Below, one piece after another: positions 1-10,699 of a stretch of 64,000 nucleotides of DNA. How positions within the stretch are numbered: position 1 is the stretch's first letter; each line of letters starts with the position of its first letter. The stretch is taken from the NCBI GenBank assembly GCA_963716585.1, contig CAVQTN010000002.1, forward strand, positions 783,906 through 847,905, written 5' to 3'. Below the pieces are notes generated by a model. That model was not told the DNA's origin and made no database searches. It worked only from the letters and a program-made list of their open reading frames with translations. Position numbers and translations under genes: made by a program. Source of the DNA: an uncultured Chloroflexia bacterium. Lineage in GTDB: Bacteria > Chloroflexota > Limnocylindria > QHBO01.

Positions 1-353
1 TCCGGCCGAGGGCCGACCAGCGACATCTGGCCTCCGAGCACGTTCATGAGTTGCGGCAGCTCGTCGAGCTTCGTGCGTCGCAGGACCGCGCCGACGCGCG
101 TCACGCGGAAGTCATGACTGCCGGTGACGGCCGGACCGACCTGGTCCGCGCCGCGTGCCATGGAGCGGAACTTCCACATCGTGAACTCGTTGCCGTGCCG
201 GCCGACGCGACGGGCACCGTAGATGATCGGGCCGGAGGAGTCGAGGGCGACCGCCAGCGCCACGAGGGCCATGACCGGCAGCAGGATGACGAACGCCACC
301 GCTCCCAGGACGAGGTCGAGCGCGCGCTTGAGCACGGCTTGCCAGGCGCTCAC
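1..353 (-). CDS. Sugar transferase (phosphoglycosyl transferase, Bac_transf family); 3' end runs off the window
   Basis: Manual translation of the minus strand: [17 protein letters not shown]...MWKFRSM...[37 protein letters not shown], with hallmark KFRSM, DELPQ and SLVGPRP motifs. Not in the ORF track. Confidence 0.92.
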   Translation of the reverse strand, partial: MSAWQAVLKRALDLVLGAVAFVILLPVMALVALAVALDSSGPIIYGARRVGRHGNEFTMWKFRSMARGADQVGPAVTGSHDFRVTRVGAVLRRTKLDELPQLMNVLGGQMSLVGPRP

Positions 354-414
354 GGCGCGTGCCTCGTCGGTTCGTGCGGGAATGGCTCGGCCACCTGCTC
401 CTCGGGGCTGGGAT

Positions 415-464
415 GTTCGCCGCAGGCTAGGGACGATCGGTGCCGCCGGTCAACAGTACTACCG
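415..464 (-). promoter_or_regulatory. Sigma70-type promoter TTGACC-N18-TAGCCT with upstream CGGTAGTACTG box (copy 1)
   Basis: Minus strand cggtagtactgttgaccggcggcaccgatcgtccctagcctgc; near-identical copy at 1950-1999. Confidence 0.6.
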
Positions 465-538
465 TCGCGTGGGCACGCTCGGGCCGCGGCAGCGGTCGGG
501 TGCTGGAGCTGTGCCGTGGCGGCGGCGCACAGGACGGC

Positions 539-723
539 GCGCGCGTTTCAGCCGGTGGACGTATCGGACAACGGGACGGCCGCAGCGTGCCCGACGACGC
601 CCGAATCGGGCATCAGGTTGTCCGCGGGACGTCAGCAGCTGAAATATCGGCGAACGAGAGGGCCTGAAACGCCCCGGCAGCTTGGCCCGATGGCCGATGC
701 GTCCATCCACTGAAAATTCGCGC
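539..723. repeat. Intergenic element with imperfect terminal inverted repeats (REP/MITE-like)
   Basis: gcgcgtttcagccggtggacgtatcgg pairs with ccgatgcgtccatccactgaaaattcgcgc; its 5' part resembles the repeats at 27859 and 28770. Confidence 0.45.
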
Positions 724-750
724 CGGGCGAGGCGGCGTGGGGCTACAGAG

Positions 751-1923
751 TCAGACCTGGACCGGGTGGCGGGCGGCCTCGAGGATCTCGAGCAGCGTTG
801 CGGCGACGCGATCCACCTGCGAATCGGTCATGCCGGGCCAGATCGGCAGCGAGATGGAGCGCTCGTACAGCCGCTCCGCGTTCGGGAAGTCGCCGGGCGC
901 GTAGCCGTAGGCACGTTGGTAGTACGGGTGCAGGTTCAACGGAATGAAATGGACCGATGCGCCGATCCCCGCCGACGCCAGCGCATCGATGACCGCCGCG
1001 CGATCGAGACCCAGCGCGTCGAGGCGCAGACGCACGATGTACAGGTGCCAGGCGTGCCGGTCGCCATGGCGTCGCGGCGGCAGCTCGAGCAGTCCCGAAC
1101 CGCCGAAGGCCGCGTCATAGCGCTGGGCGATGGCGGCGCGCGCATCGGCCAGTTCGTCCAGGCGGGACAGCTGGACCAGCCCGATCGCCGCCGCCAGGTC
1201 GGTCAGGTTGTCCTTGAAGCCGGGCTCGACGACCTCGTAGAACCAGTGGCCGCCGGCGCCGTAGCGGTTCCACGCGTCGGCGCTGATGCCATGCAGGCGC
1301 ATGACGCCGGCGCGCGCCGCGATGGCGTCGGAGTCGGTGACCAGCATGCCGCCCTCGCCCCCGGTGGTCATCGTCTTTGTCGCGTAGAAGCTGAAGGCCG
1401 CGGCATCGCCGAGGCGCCCGGTCGACACGCCGCCAACCGATGCGGGCAGCGCATGCGCCGCGTCCTCCAGGAAGAAGGCGCCGGGCGCCAGCGAGCGCAA
1501 CGGCGCGACATCGACGGCCAGGCCGGCGAAATGGACCGGCATCACCGCGCGCGTGGCATCGGTCAGGACCGGCTCCAGCTGGGAGGGGCCGAGCAGGTAG
1601 TCGTCGCCGACATCGGCCAGGACCGGGCGCGCCCCCAGGTAGGCGCACACCTCGCCGCAGGCGGTGAAGGTGTAGGCCGGGATGGCGACCTCGTCGCCGG
1701 GACCGATGCCACCCGCCTCCAGCGCGAGGTGCAGGCCCGCGGTGGCGCTGTTGAGGGCCAGCGCATGTTTGACGCCGATGCGCTCGGCGAACCGCTCCTC
1801 CAGCTCCTGCGCTTTTGCGCCGGTGGTCAGCCAGCCGGAGCGCAGCACCTCCACGGCGGCCGCGATCTCGCGTTCGCCCATGGACGGCCGATGGAAGGGA
1901 ATGGCCTCGGGTTTGGTGCTCAA
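751..1923 (-). CDS. DegT/DnrJ/EryC1/StrS family PLP-dependent sugar aminotransferase
   Basis: SGWLTTG, NSATAGLHLAL, EDAAHA, FSFYATKTMTTG-GEGG (PLP lysine) and SLPIWP motifs. Confidence 0.95.
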   Translation of the reverse strand: MSTKPEAIPFHRPSMGEREIAAAVEVLRSGWLTTGAKAQELEERFAERIGVKHALALNSATAGLHLALEAGGIGPGDEVAIPAYTFTACGEVCAYLGARPVLADVGDDYLLGPSQLEPVLTDATRAVMPVHFAGLAVDVAPLRSLAPGAFFLEDAAHALPASVGGVSTGRLGDAAAFSFYATKTMTTGGEGGMLVTDSDAIAARAGVMRLHGISADAWNRYGAGGHWFYEVVEPGFKDNLTDLAAAIGLVQLSRLDELADARAAIAQRYDAAFGGSGLLELPPRRHGDRHAWHLYIVRLRLDALGLDRAAVIDALASAGIGASVHFIPLNLHPYYQRAYGYAPGDFPNAERLYERSISLPIWPGMTDSQVDRVAATLLEILEAARHPVQV

Positions 1924-1949
1924 CGGCTGGTCTGACAGGCCTCGCGCAA

Positions 1950-1999
1950 GTTCGGCAGCAGGCTAGGCGGGACGGTGCAGGCGGTCAACAGTACTACCG
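1950..1999 (-). promoter_or_regulatory. Sigma70-type promoter TTGACC-N17-TAGCCT with upstream CGGTAGTACTG box (copy 2)
   Basis: Minus strand ccggtagtactgttgaccgcctgcaccgtcccgcctagcctgc, directly upstream of the DegT gene. Confidence 0.6.
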
Positions 2000-2022
2000 G
2001 TCAGCGATGCGGCCCTTCGAGC

Positions 2023-3862
2023 TCACGAGCGCATGGCCAGCCAGAGCAGGCTGGTGGCCTCGGCGAAGGCCGTTGGATGGCTCGCGAGCCTTCGATCGGC
2101 AAACAGCCCGTCGATGTTCGCTTCCACGGGCAACCAGGTGCCGAGCACGGGCTGTTGATCGTGAAGCCGCGCTCGGATCGCCGCGCCCCAGGCCATCTTC
2201 GATCCACACCGCCTGCGGTGCATCGAATCCGCGCTTGTACCGCGCGTTCCGGATCGAGCTCGGGACGCGCCCGCGCATGGAGTCGCGCAGGATCCACTTG
2301 CCGTAGCCGGACCGAACCTTGAGGCGATCGGGAAGCGCCAGAGCGAACTCGACGAATCGGTAGTCCAGGAACGGCAGCCGCGTCTCGAGGCTGTTGCCCA
2401 TGGAGTTGCGGTCCTCGTAGCGCAGCAGCGTCGGAAGGCTGAGCCGGGTCACATCGCGCACCTGGCGCCGCCACACCGGCTCGTCGCCGCCGAATGCCAG
2501 GTCGAGCGGGGCGGGCTCGGGGAGTCGAAGCGCGGTCGCCAGACCGCCGGCGCGCAGGTAGCGCTGGCGCTGTCGCAGGTAGATGGACGCGCGGCTCGCC
2601 TCGGCCGCCAGCATGAACGCCGCGCTGCCCGCGAAGCGGAGCGCGTCCCACGGGTCTCGACGCCGGAGCGCATCGGCCAGGAGAAGCACCTGGAACTTGC
2701 GATAGCCCATCAGGACCTCGTCCGCACCCTGGCCGCCAAGGAGCACCTTGAGACCTCGCCGATGCGCCTCCTGGAAGACGAGGTACTGCGCGACGATGCT
2801 CAGCCCCGGGAAGGGGGCGTCCTGCGCGTCGAGCGTTGCCCAGAACGCGCCGATGCCCGCCTCCGCATCGGGCCAGGTGTAGGCAACCTCGATCCCCGCG
2901 AGCCGCCCCATTTTCGCGGCGAGCGGGCCCTCGCTCGAGGCGGCATCCGGCCGTCCGTAGCTGAAGCCACGGACGTCACCGTGCACCTCCGACACCAGCG
3001 CCGCGATGCTGGAGGAGTCGAGGCCGCCGCTCAGGGAGATGCCAACCGGAACGTCCGAGCGCAGGCGAAGCCGCACTGCGTCCTGGAGCAGGGCGAGGAT
3101 CTGCTCGCCGGCATCGACGTCGCCCACGCTGGCCAGCGCATCGCGCTGCTCCTCCACGTGCGCGGCGAGGTCGTAGTAGGGGGTGGCCTGCGCCTCCAGG
3201 GAGTCGCCGTCGGCGCAGATCGAGACGAACTGGCCCGCCGGCACGGCGCTGATCCCCTCGTACGGCGAGATAGGCCCATCGTCCTCGTAGAGCCAGTAAT
3301 GCAGGCCGCGCGCAACGTAGCCCAGGTTGGGGCCAAGGGCGAGCTGCCTCGCGAGCTCGGTGGGCGTGCTGCTGAAGTAGACGCTGTCACCGGCCTGGTG
3401 GTGGTACAGCGGCTTCACGCCGAACCGGTCGCGCACCAGCCACAGACGGCCCTCGGCCGGCTCCGCAAGGGCGAAGGCGAACATCCCGTTCAGCCGACCG
3501 ATGGCGTCCGTGCCCCACGCCTTGAACGCCTCGAGGATGACCTCCGTGTCGCTCGCCGTCGCGAATTCGTGGCCCAGTCCCCGCAGCTCGTCCCGGAGCT
3601 CAATGTAGTTGTAGATCTCGCCGTTGTAGACGATGCAGAACCGACGCTGCGCGTCCCACATCGGCTGGTTCGCCTCGGGGGACAGGTCGATGATGCTCAG
3701 TCGGTTGTGGCCGAAGACCACGGAGCCGCCGGACGCTGTCTCGAATTCGTCGACGGCGCGATGGTCGGGTCCGCGGTGCAGCTGGGCGTCGACCATCGCT
3801 TCGACGATGGGACGCGCTCGTTCCGATGGCCGCGACGAGAAGCAGCCCGCGATCCCGCACAT
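2023..3862 (-). CDS. asnB: Asparagine synthase (glutamine-hydrolysing)-like amidotransferase; apparent frameshift near 2185
   Basis: N-terminal MCGIAG, HRGPD, RLSIIDLS, NGEIYNY, RDRFGVKPLY, LSGGLDSS, GQGADE and RLPFLD motifs. A plausible C-terminus (AAIRARLH...LLWLAMRS) lies in the 2023..2223 frame. Confidence 0.9.
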
Positions 3863-3865
3863 CGC

Positions 3866-5110
3866 TCAGCGCCCTCCCGGCGCCGACTGCGCCATTCGGT
3901 CGGTCAGCTGCGCGAGCCAGGCGCCCACGAGTGAGTCCGAGCTGAGCTCGGCTTCGACCAGCCGGCGGCCATTCTGCCCCATCGCTGCGGCTCGTCCAGG
4001 GTCATCAACCAGGGAGGTGACGGCGGACGCGAGCGCCTCCGGATCCTGTGGTGGCACCACGATCCCGGCGTTGGCGTGCTCCAGCATGCGCGCACCTTCC
4101 CCAGCCCCGCCGTAGACGACGGGCTTGGCACACGACATGGCGGCGAGCATGCGGGCCGGACGGGTTGCGTCGAAGAAAGGAGAGTCCATCAGGGTGGTGA
4201 GCCCAACGGAGGCGATGGAGTAGAGCGCCGCAATGCGGTCACTGGGCTGAGGATCAAGAAAGCGGATGTTGTCGAGCCGCCGCTTCGTCGCGGCCTGCAC
4301 GAGACGGTCGCGTTCGGAGCCCCCGCCGACGAGCAGATAGGTGATCGGCCGCTCCCTGGTTCGCTCGGCCGCGTCGAGAACGACGTCCAGCCCTGCGGCA
4401 TAGCCGAGCGTACCCGCGCTCAGCGCAACGGCCCGGTTGTTCAAACCGAGCTCCGCCGCGAGATCCTCGTCGCGCGGTAATGGCCGGAAGATTTCGGGAT
4501 CGACACCGTTCGGCAAGTACAGGACCTTCTCGGCCGGCACGCCCTTGTCACCGACGAGTGTGGATTCAATCCCATCGGTCACGGCGGTGACGAAGGTTGC
4601 GTGCCGATACGCCCAGGCCTCCAGCCGGCGAGCGGCGCGTGCCCTTGCCCCCTCGGGCAGGAGTCCCAGCTGGATCGCGGAATCGGGCCACAGGTCCGAG
4701 ATGTTGAGGACCATCGGGACATTCCAGCGCCGGGCCACCAGCCAGCCAGTGATGGCCAATGTCGGCGGTGGCGACTCGACGAATACGACATCCGGCCGGC
4801 GCATGCTCGCGAGGCCCGGGAGGCTCGCCGCGGTGAACGACAGGTAGTTGAGCATGCGGGCCATCCCGCTCCCAGTGGCCGCATAGAGCCACACTCGGCG
4901 CACCCTGACCCCGTCGATCACTTCCGTGCGCGACGGCCGGCCGCGATACCTCGGGAATATCTGACCCAGAGGGTAATTCGGCAGCGCGGTCACGACATCG
5001 ACTTCGTGGCCACGCTTCATGAGGGCGCGCGCGAACGCCGCGAGGCGTACCTGCGGCGCTCCCACCTCGGGTGGGTAGTACTGGGTCAGGATCAGGAATC
5101 GCATCGGCAT
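3866..5110 (-). CDS. GT4 family glycosyltransferase (WbuB-like)
   Basis: ILTQYYPPEVGA, PNYP, ESPP, DLWPD and LPNGVD motifs. Confidence 0.9.
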   Translation of the reverse strand: MPMRFLILTQYYPPEVGAPQVRLAAFARALMKRGHEVDVVTALPNYPLGQIFPRYRGRPSRTEVIDGVRVRRVWLYAATGSGMARMLNYLSFTAASLPGLASMRRPDVVFVESPPPTLAITGWLVARRWNVPMVLNISDLWPDSAIQLGLLPEGARARAARRLEAWAYRHATFVTAVTDGIESTLVGDKGVPAEKVLYLPNGVDPEIFRPLPRDEDLAAELGLNNRAVALSAGTLGYAAGLDVVLDAAERTRERPITYLLVGGGSERDRLVQAATKRRLDNIRFLDPQPSDRIAALYSIASVGLTTLMDSPFFDATRPARMLAAMSCAKPVVYGGAGEGARMLEHANAGIVVPPQDPEALASAVTSLVDDPGRAAAMGQNGRRLVEAELSSDSLVGAWLAQLTDRMAQSAPGGR

Positions 5111-5190
5111 AATGCCTCGAGCATGCGGCACATAACCTTAGAGGGCTGCTCCGTTCGTCGCGCCCGTACTTGCGTCGGGTCGGGTGATCA

Positions 5191-6612
5191 GTGAGCGTCC
5201 CGCAACAAGGCGCCCTGCGGACGCTCGTCGGGCAGTCTGCCGCATATCTCGCCGGAGGCGTCGCCGGCAAGGCGCTCGCCCTCATCACGCTGCCCATCCT
5301 CGCCCGGCTCCTGACGCCGGGCCAGCTCGGCGTCCTGGACGTGGCCGCCGGACTCGCCGCGCTCATCGCCACAGTCGCAATTGCCGGCACGGACAACTCG
5401 ATTCCGCGCTTCCTGCCGATCGAGCCTCAGCAGAGCCGCATCTGGAGCAGCGCCCTGCCGATCGTCGCCGGAATCGCACTCGCCCTGGCGTTGGCCGGCT
5501 TCGTCGCACGCGATCTGCTGGCTCAGCTTCTCGTCCACGACGTGCGGGCGGGCGGTGTCATGGCCGCAGGCGTCGCCTATGCGCTGGCGATCGCCGCATT
5601 CGTGAGTGCGCTGACCGTCCTGAGACTTCGCGGCGCGGCGCGCCTCTACCCGATTGCGACCACCGCCACCCTGGTCCTGCAGATGGTCGGCGGGGTGGTG
5701 CTGGCGTTCTGGCTGGACGAGCCGCTCGTCGCCATCCTGCTGTGGTGGTCGCTGCTGTCCGCGCTGGGCGCGGCCGTCATCTTCGTAACGCAGCTGCCTG
5801 GTCTCGTGCGGCCGGACCGTCGCGTCATGGGCCGGCTGCTGAGGTTCGGCCTGCCGTTCGTTCCTGCCGCGGTGGCGTGGACCATCGGCGATCTCGGCAT
5901 CAGGAGCGTTTTGAGCCAGGGAGACCTGGCGGCGCTCGGCAGCTACAGCATCGCCAGTCGCCTCGTGAGCATCATGGCGCTCGGAATCTCGGCATTCTCA
6001 CTGGCCTGGATGCCGTTCATCTTTCGTTTGGCCCATGGCGCCGAGACCGCGACGATGTTCAGGAATGCGGGCCTCGCGCTGATGGCGGTGCTGGGGCTCG
6101 TGGCGGTCGGCCTCTCCGCGCTGGCGCCCGAGGCGGTGGCGGTGATCGCGGGCCAGGGATACGCGAGCGCGGTGCAGGCGGTCGCCCCGCTCTCGGCCGG
6201 CATGCTTGCGTTCGGCATGTTCGTCCTGCTCAGCGGTGCATCGGGCATAGCGTTCAGAACCGCCGATGTCGCATGGACCAGTGTCATCGGCGCCGTCGTG
6301 CAGGTGGGCGCCGCCTGGTTGCTCGTCCCGACGCAACCCTTGCTGGCGGCAGGCGTCGCGAGCTTCCTGGGCTACTCGGTCGCGCTGGTGCTGCTGCGGC
6401 TGCGCCTTGGTGATGCCGTTCGGATCGCCAGCCCGGCGCTGATTCTCGTGATGGTCCTCATCGCGGCGTCACTGTGGCTGGCGACGCTCCCCCGATTCCT
6501 GGGCTGGCCGCTGGTATTCAGGATCGCATTGCCCCTTGCGTTCCTGGTGGCGGCAGCCCTCGTGGCCATTCCCCGGTTGCGCGGCCTGGCAGGAGCCCGG
6601 CATGCGTCCTGA
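5191..6612 (+). CDS. Wzx-type polysaccharide flippase
   Basis: About 14 hydrophobic segments; LITLPILARLLTP, LLRFGLP and GSYSIASR motifs; polysaccharide-locus context. Confidence 0.8.
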   Translation: MSVPQQGALRTLVGQSAAYLAGGVAGKALALITLPILARLLTPGQLGVLDVAAGLAALIATVAIAGTDNSIPRFLPIEPQQSRIWSSALPIVAGIALALALAGFVARDLLAQLLVHDVRAGGVMAAGVAYALAIAAFVSALTVLRLRGAARLYPIATTATLVLQMVGGVVLAFWLDEPLVAILLWWSLLSALGAAVIFVTQLPGLVRPDRRVMGRLLRFGLPFVPAAVAWTIGDLGIRSVLSQGDLAALGSYSIASRLVSIMALGISAFSLAWMPFIFRLAHGAETATMFRNAGLALMAVLGLVAVGLSALAPEAVAVIAGQGYASAVQAVAPLSAGMLAFGMFVLLSGASGIAFRTADVAWTSVIGAVVQVGAAWLLVPTQPLLAAGVASFLGYSVALVLLRLRLGDAVRIASPALILVMVLIAASLWLATLPRFLGWPLVFRIALPLAFLVAAALVAIPRLRGLAGARHAS

Positions 6613-7687
6613 CCTGCTCGTCATCGGCGACATCGCCAGCGTTCACGTTCGGCGACTTGCCACGGCGCTGAGCGACGCGGGGCTGGCCATCGAGGTTGCC
6701 GGGTTCGAAGGTGACGAGATTCCGGGCGTGCCGATCCATCGCCTCGGATCCCTTCCAGCCAGCGCCGATAGGCGGTACCTCTTGGCGGTGCCGCGGCTCG
6801 CCCGTGTGCTCAGGCGCCGCCGGCCGAAGGTGATCAACGCGCACTATCTCACCAGCTTCGGCGTGATGGCTGCGCTGGCGACGTGGCTCGCGCATCCCGT
6901 TGGGAGGCGTCCCGGCCTGATCCAGACAACCTGGGGCGACGATCTCCTGGTGACGCCCATCGGCTCGGGTGTGCAGCGGCGGTTGGCGCAGCTCGCACTG
7001 CGCACGGCTGACGTGGTCACCGGGGACAGCCTGGATCTCGAATCGGCGGCCCGATCTCTCGCGCCCGGCGTCCGTTGGCATCGCTTCGTGTTCGGGCCGC
7101 CAATTGGTCTTCTGCAGGCCCCGGTAATGCACGAGCCGCTGATGCTCAGCGCTCGGCAGCTCGTGCCGGAGATGCGGGTCGATCTGATCGTCGGGGCGTT
7201 CCAGGTTGCCTCGCGGGCGCCGGATTCTTCAATCGCTGGCTGGAAGCTCGTCGTGGCAGGGGGCGGTCCGGAAGCCGCCCCGATCGCGTCCCAGGCGGAT
7301 GGCGATCAGCAGGTCCAATTCACCGGCGCGCTGTCGCAGGCGGATCTCCATGCCCTGATGCTGCGGGCATCCGTGGCGGTCTCGATCCCCGAGAGCGACG
7401 CCACCAGCGCAACCCTGCTCGAGTCGCTCGCGGCGGGTATCGTTCCGATCGTGAACGATCTCCCGGCAAATCGAGAGTGGGTCGATGCGGAGATTGCCGA
7501 GATTGTCTCGGCGCGGCCGTCCGCCGATGAGCTGGCCGATGCCATGCGGCGCGCGGCGCTCCGCACCGTCCCGGTGGAGCAACTGCGGGCCCGGGTCGTG
7601 GGCGCGACCTGGGAGACGCAGATCGACGCGCTCGTCCAGCTCGTCCGCAGCCTCGCTTCCAACATCGACCTGGCCTCGGCTTCGTGA
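6602..7687 (+). CDS. GT4 family glycosyltransferase
   Basis: INAHYLTSFG, WGDDLL and SDATSATLLESLAAG (GT-B EX7E-like region). Confidence 0.85.
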   Translation: MRPDLLVIGDIASVHVRRLATALSDAGLAIEVAGFEGDEIPGVPIHRLGSLPASADRRYLLAVPRLARVLRRRRPKVINAHYLTSFGVMAALATWLAHPVGRRPGLIQTTWGDDLLVTPIGSGVQRRLAQLALRTADVVTGDSLDLESAARSLAPGVRWHRFVFGPPIGLLQAPVMHEPLMLSARQLVPEMRVDLIVGAFQVASRAPDSSIAGWKLVVAGGGPEAAPIASQADGDQQVQFTGALSQADLHALMLRASVAVSIPESDATSATLLESLAAGIVPIVNDLPANREWVDAEIAEIVSARPSADELADAMRRAALRTVPVEQLRARVVGATWETQIDALVQLVRSLASNIDLASAS

Positions 7688-8190
7688 GTCGTTCCGGGCG
7701 TGGCCTCATGTACATCCTGGAGTGGTGGCTGGCGCTTCCATGGCCCCCGCCGATGCGTGCGTGGTGGCTTCGTCGCTATGGCGCTGCCGTCGGCCGTAAC
7801 GCGGTGATCCACCGCGGGCACTTCATGAATCTCGAGGTCAGCGGGTTTTCTGGGCTGGCTGTTGGTGACTCGGCGCACGTTGGTCCCGACTGCCTGATCG
7901 ATCTCGCTGCACCGGTTTCCATTGGTTCCCGCTCGTCGGTGTCTCCTCGCGTCACCCTGCTGACGCATGCCGATCCGGGCGAGGGAAGCCTGCAGGCCCG
8001 CTACCCGCGACAGACCGGCGCGATCTCCATCGGCGACGACGCCTGGGTCGGTGCCGGCAGCACGGTGCTGCATGGCGTCTCGATCGGGCGCGCCGCAGTC
8101 GTTGGTGCGGGAAGCGTGGTCCGCCATGACGTTGCGGCCGAAGCCGTGGTCGCCGGCGTGCCCGCGGTCGAGGTTCAGAGCGAGGGGTAG
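7684..8190 (+). CDS. Hexapeptide-repeat (LbH) O-acyltransferase
   Basis: IGDDAWVGAGSTVLHGVSIGRAAVVGAGSVV and VVAGVPA motifs. Confidence 0.9.
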   Translation: MSRSGRGLMYILEWWLALPWPPPMRAWWLRRYGAAVGRNAVIHRGHFMNLEVSGFSGLAVGDSAHVGPDCLIDLAAPVSIGSRSSVSPRVTLLTHADPGEGSLQARYPRQTGAISIGDDAWVGAGSTVLHGVSIGRAAVVGAGSVVRHDVAAEAVVAGVPAVEVQSEG

Positions 8191-8212
8191 CGGCTGCCGC
8201 CAGGTTGGGTCG

Positions 8213-9403
8213 TCACGGGCTACCGCGCAATCGTCGCGCTGCCACCGCGATCGATGCGGCGCGCGTTGAGAAGCCGTGACGCATCCAGCCCAGTCTGGAC
8301 GTCTCAACGTCGGCCTTGGCACTTCCGGCACTGCCCAAGCGGGGGGCCCGGGCGTATCGGACCCCTCCGGTCCGGCGATCTCGCCAGCGCAGGATCGGCA
8401 GCTCGATGAACACGTAGCTGCCAACGGCAAGAAGGATGGAGACCACCAAGACGGCAAGGCTCAGCCAGAGATCCGGATGTCCCCGAACGACACCGGCGTA
8501 CCACATCACGGGGTAGTGCCAGAGATACGCCCCGTAGCTGATCAAGCCCAGCATGCGGAGCGGTCTCCACTCGAGCGCGCTCGTCAGGGTGCGGTCGGTG
8601 CCGGACAGGGCTGTCAGGATGAGGGCGCCCGCAGCCACGACGGCGACGGTTTCGCCGACCGCCAGATACGACCCGCCGAACGCTGGCGCCCACGCCAGAA
8701 AGCACAGAGCGGCGATCGCGATCGGTCCAACGGCCCACGGGATGCGCATCGCATCGCGCTGCCACGCAAATGCGAGCGCCGCTCCAACCAGAAGCCCACC
8801 TGCCTGCGTGTCCGTGCCGAAGGCAATCCGTTCGGTAGTGGCGCTCCGACTCCCCATAACAGGAGGCGCAGCGCAGCGGTTGCGGCAGCCAGCAGCAAGA
8901 GGATCCAGACCCCGCGCCGAGCGAGCGCGGGCCACAGGACGAGAAGGATCAACGGCCAGACCAGATAGAACTGCTCTTCGATAGCCAAGGACCAGCTGTG
9001 ACCCATCGGCCCAAGGGAGGTGCCGCCTGCCAGGATCCAGTTGCCAACGTAGGTGCCAGCCAGCAGCGACGATCGGAGTCCGTCGTCCGGTCTGCCAACC
9101 ATGTTGAGGACGATTGCTGAGGCCGCGGCTACCGCCACGAATGCAGGGAGAAGGCGCAGAGCTCTCCGAAGATAGAAGCGGACAAGCTTGATCCCGTCTT
9201 CCATCTGTTCGGTGACGAGGAGCGAGGTGATGAGGAATCCACTCAGGACGAAGAAGACCGAAACGCCAACCGATCCCCCCGTCTCCGTTGGTGAGGAGTT
9301 GCGAGTGATGTAGGAGGACCAGGCTGATCGCGAGGCCGCGCACGCCATCCAGGGCGGGAACCTGAATGAGCGGGCCCGCGAGGCGGTTGGCAGCACTACC
9401 CAA
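8213..9403 (-). pseudogene. Acyltransferase-3 (OafA-like) membrane O-acyltransferase, frameshifted
   Basis: Motifs are split across frames: PALDGVRGLAI..H; GVSVFFVLSGFLIT..FYLRRALRLLP..HSWSLAIEEQFY; LGLISYGAYLWH..SYVFIELP. The breaks may be sequencing errors. Confidence 0.8.
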
Positions 9404-9475
9404 GGGGAGGCATCCCGACGAGACGACGGCCGCAGGCTTTCATGTGCGTCCGCCTCTAGCTGCTTGCCGTTCCGA

Positions 9476-10560
9476 TCAGAATCCGGGTGCCTGACGTTCG
9501 CGCGCCTTGGTTGCCCCGAGCGAAGGAGCGGATTCTACGTTCACGCCAACCTGACGCGTCAGGTTGAATCCGACGTGGCCATCAGGCTTGGCGCGTTCTC
9601 GTGTTGCGGATCGCTCCGCCGTGTGCCGAGCACGTCGAAGTGCAGCACGAGCGTCGCCCGAGCCCGATGACTGCCGGTGGCACAGTTGCCAGCACATGAA
9701 CAACCACGACTGCTGCGAGTGCGGCGTGCGGCGGGACTCGAACGCGGTGAGCGCGGTGGTGCCGGCGAACTCGTACGTGCCGAGTGCGCCGGGCGCAGCC
9801 GGGATGGCCGTGGACAAGGTCATGGCGCTGATGGCCACTGCCGTTGGCCACCACCCAAGGTCGGTGCCCGCGGCCGACAAGACGAGGTGCATGATCACGA
9901 CGGCGGCTCCGAATGACGTCGCCGTTGTGAGAGCAAGGAGTGCGAACCTTTGAGGTGACCGAACCGACGCAAACGCGTCGGAGAGCGCTCCGACCTGATG
10001 AGCCAGTCGTGGGAGTCGGGCGCCGAGGGTGCGCATCACCGCACGCCGAGATACCGAGACAATAAGCGCCGAGCCGAGCCCGACCGATGCGAGGACAAGC
10101 AGGGTCACGCGCGACACGCCGGCGACCCCGGCGCCCGCGATCAGGGCGACCGTCACGACGGTCAGTACCAAGTCGCCTGGCCGGAACTCGAAATCCGAGC
10201 GAATCGTCATGAGGCGAACGCCGAATCGGCTGCCGGCGAGATACGCGCGCGCGGCGTCACCAAGTCTGAAGGGCAGTAGCGTGTTGGCAAAGTGGCCGAC
10301 GCAGATGTAGACAAACGAGGAGCCGATGGAGGTCCTCATCGACGCCTGCAGCAACCAGCGCCAGCGAACGGCGCGGACCGTCACCTCCAGCAGGCAGATC
10401 GCAGCGCCACGCCGAGCAGGGCATGCTCAAGGTGGTCACGCCGTCCACTTCTGCGCGTACGGTTCAACGTGATCGCGCAGATTACAACATCGCCAGCACA
10501 CAACGCGCCACGTCGGCGGTTCTGCGGCCAGGAGGGAGTGGAGGTCACAGACTGAATTGG
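9476..10560 (-). pseudogene. Lysylphosphatidylglycerol synthase TM / UPF0104 flippase-like protein, degraded
   Basis: RAVRWRWLL, GHFANTLLPFRLGDAARAY and IPAAPGALGTYE motifs; both ends frameshifted. Confidence 0.7.
9547..9566. promoter_or_regulatory. Perfect 20-bp palindrome CAACCTGACGCGTCAGGTTG
   Basis: Read directly from the sequence; lies about 150 bp upstream of the acyltransferase-3 start. Confidence 0.4.
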
Positions 10561-10699
10561 GCCGGCGTGCATATTCCTGACTCTAGTGCGCGCAGGCTGA
10601 AGTTGCCGGTTGAGATGGTAATAGTATGACCGTGTGGTGCGATCCGTGGAAGCCATCGCCTGCGCAGTTGGAAATGAATAGGTTGGTCAGGTGAGCAAC

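Noticed and set aside
350-394. 14-codon ORF with a GAGGAG RBS overlapping the sugar transferase start
   Set aside because: Could be a frameshifted N-terminal extension or chance; there is no independent support.
415-464. ops/JUMPstart element (cggtag..tg) in the polysaccharide locus
   Set aside because: Spacing does not match GGCGGTAGnnTG, and the box lies upstream of a -35, so it would not be transcribed.
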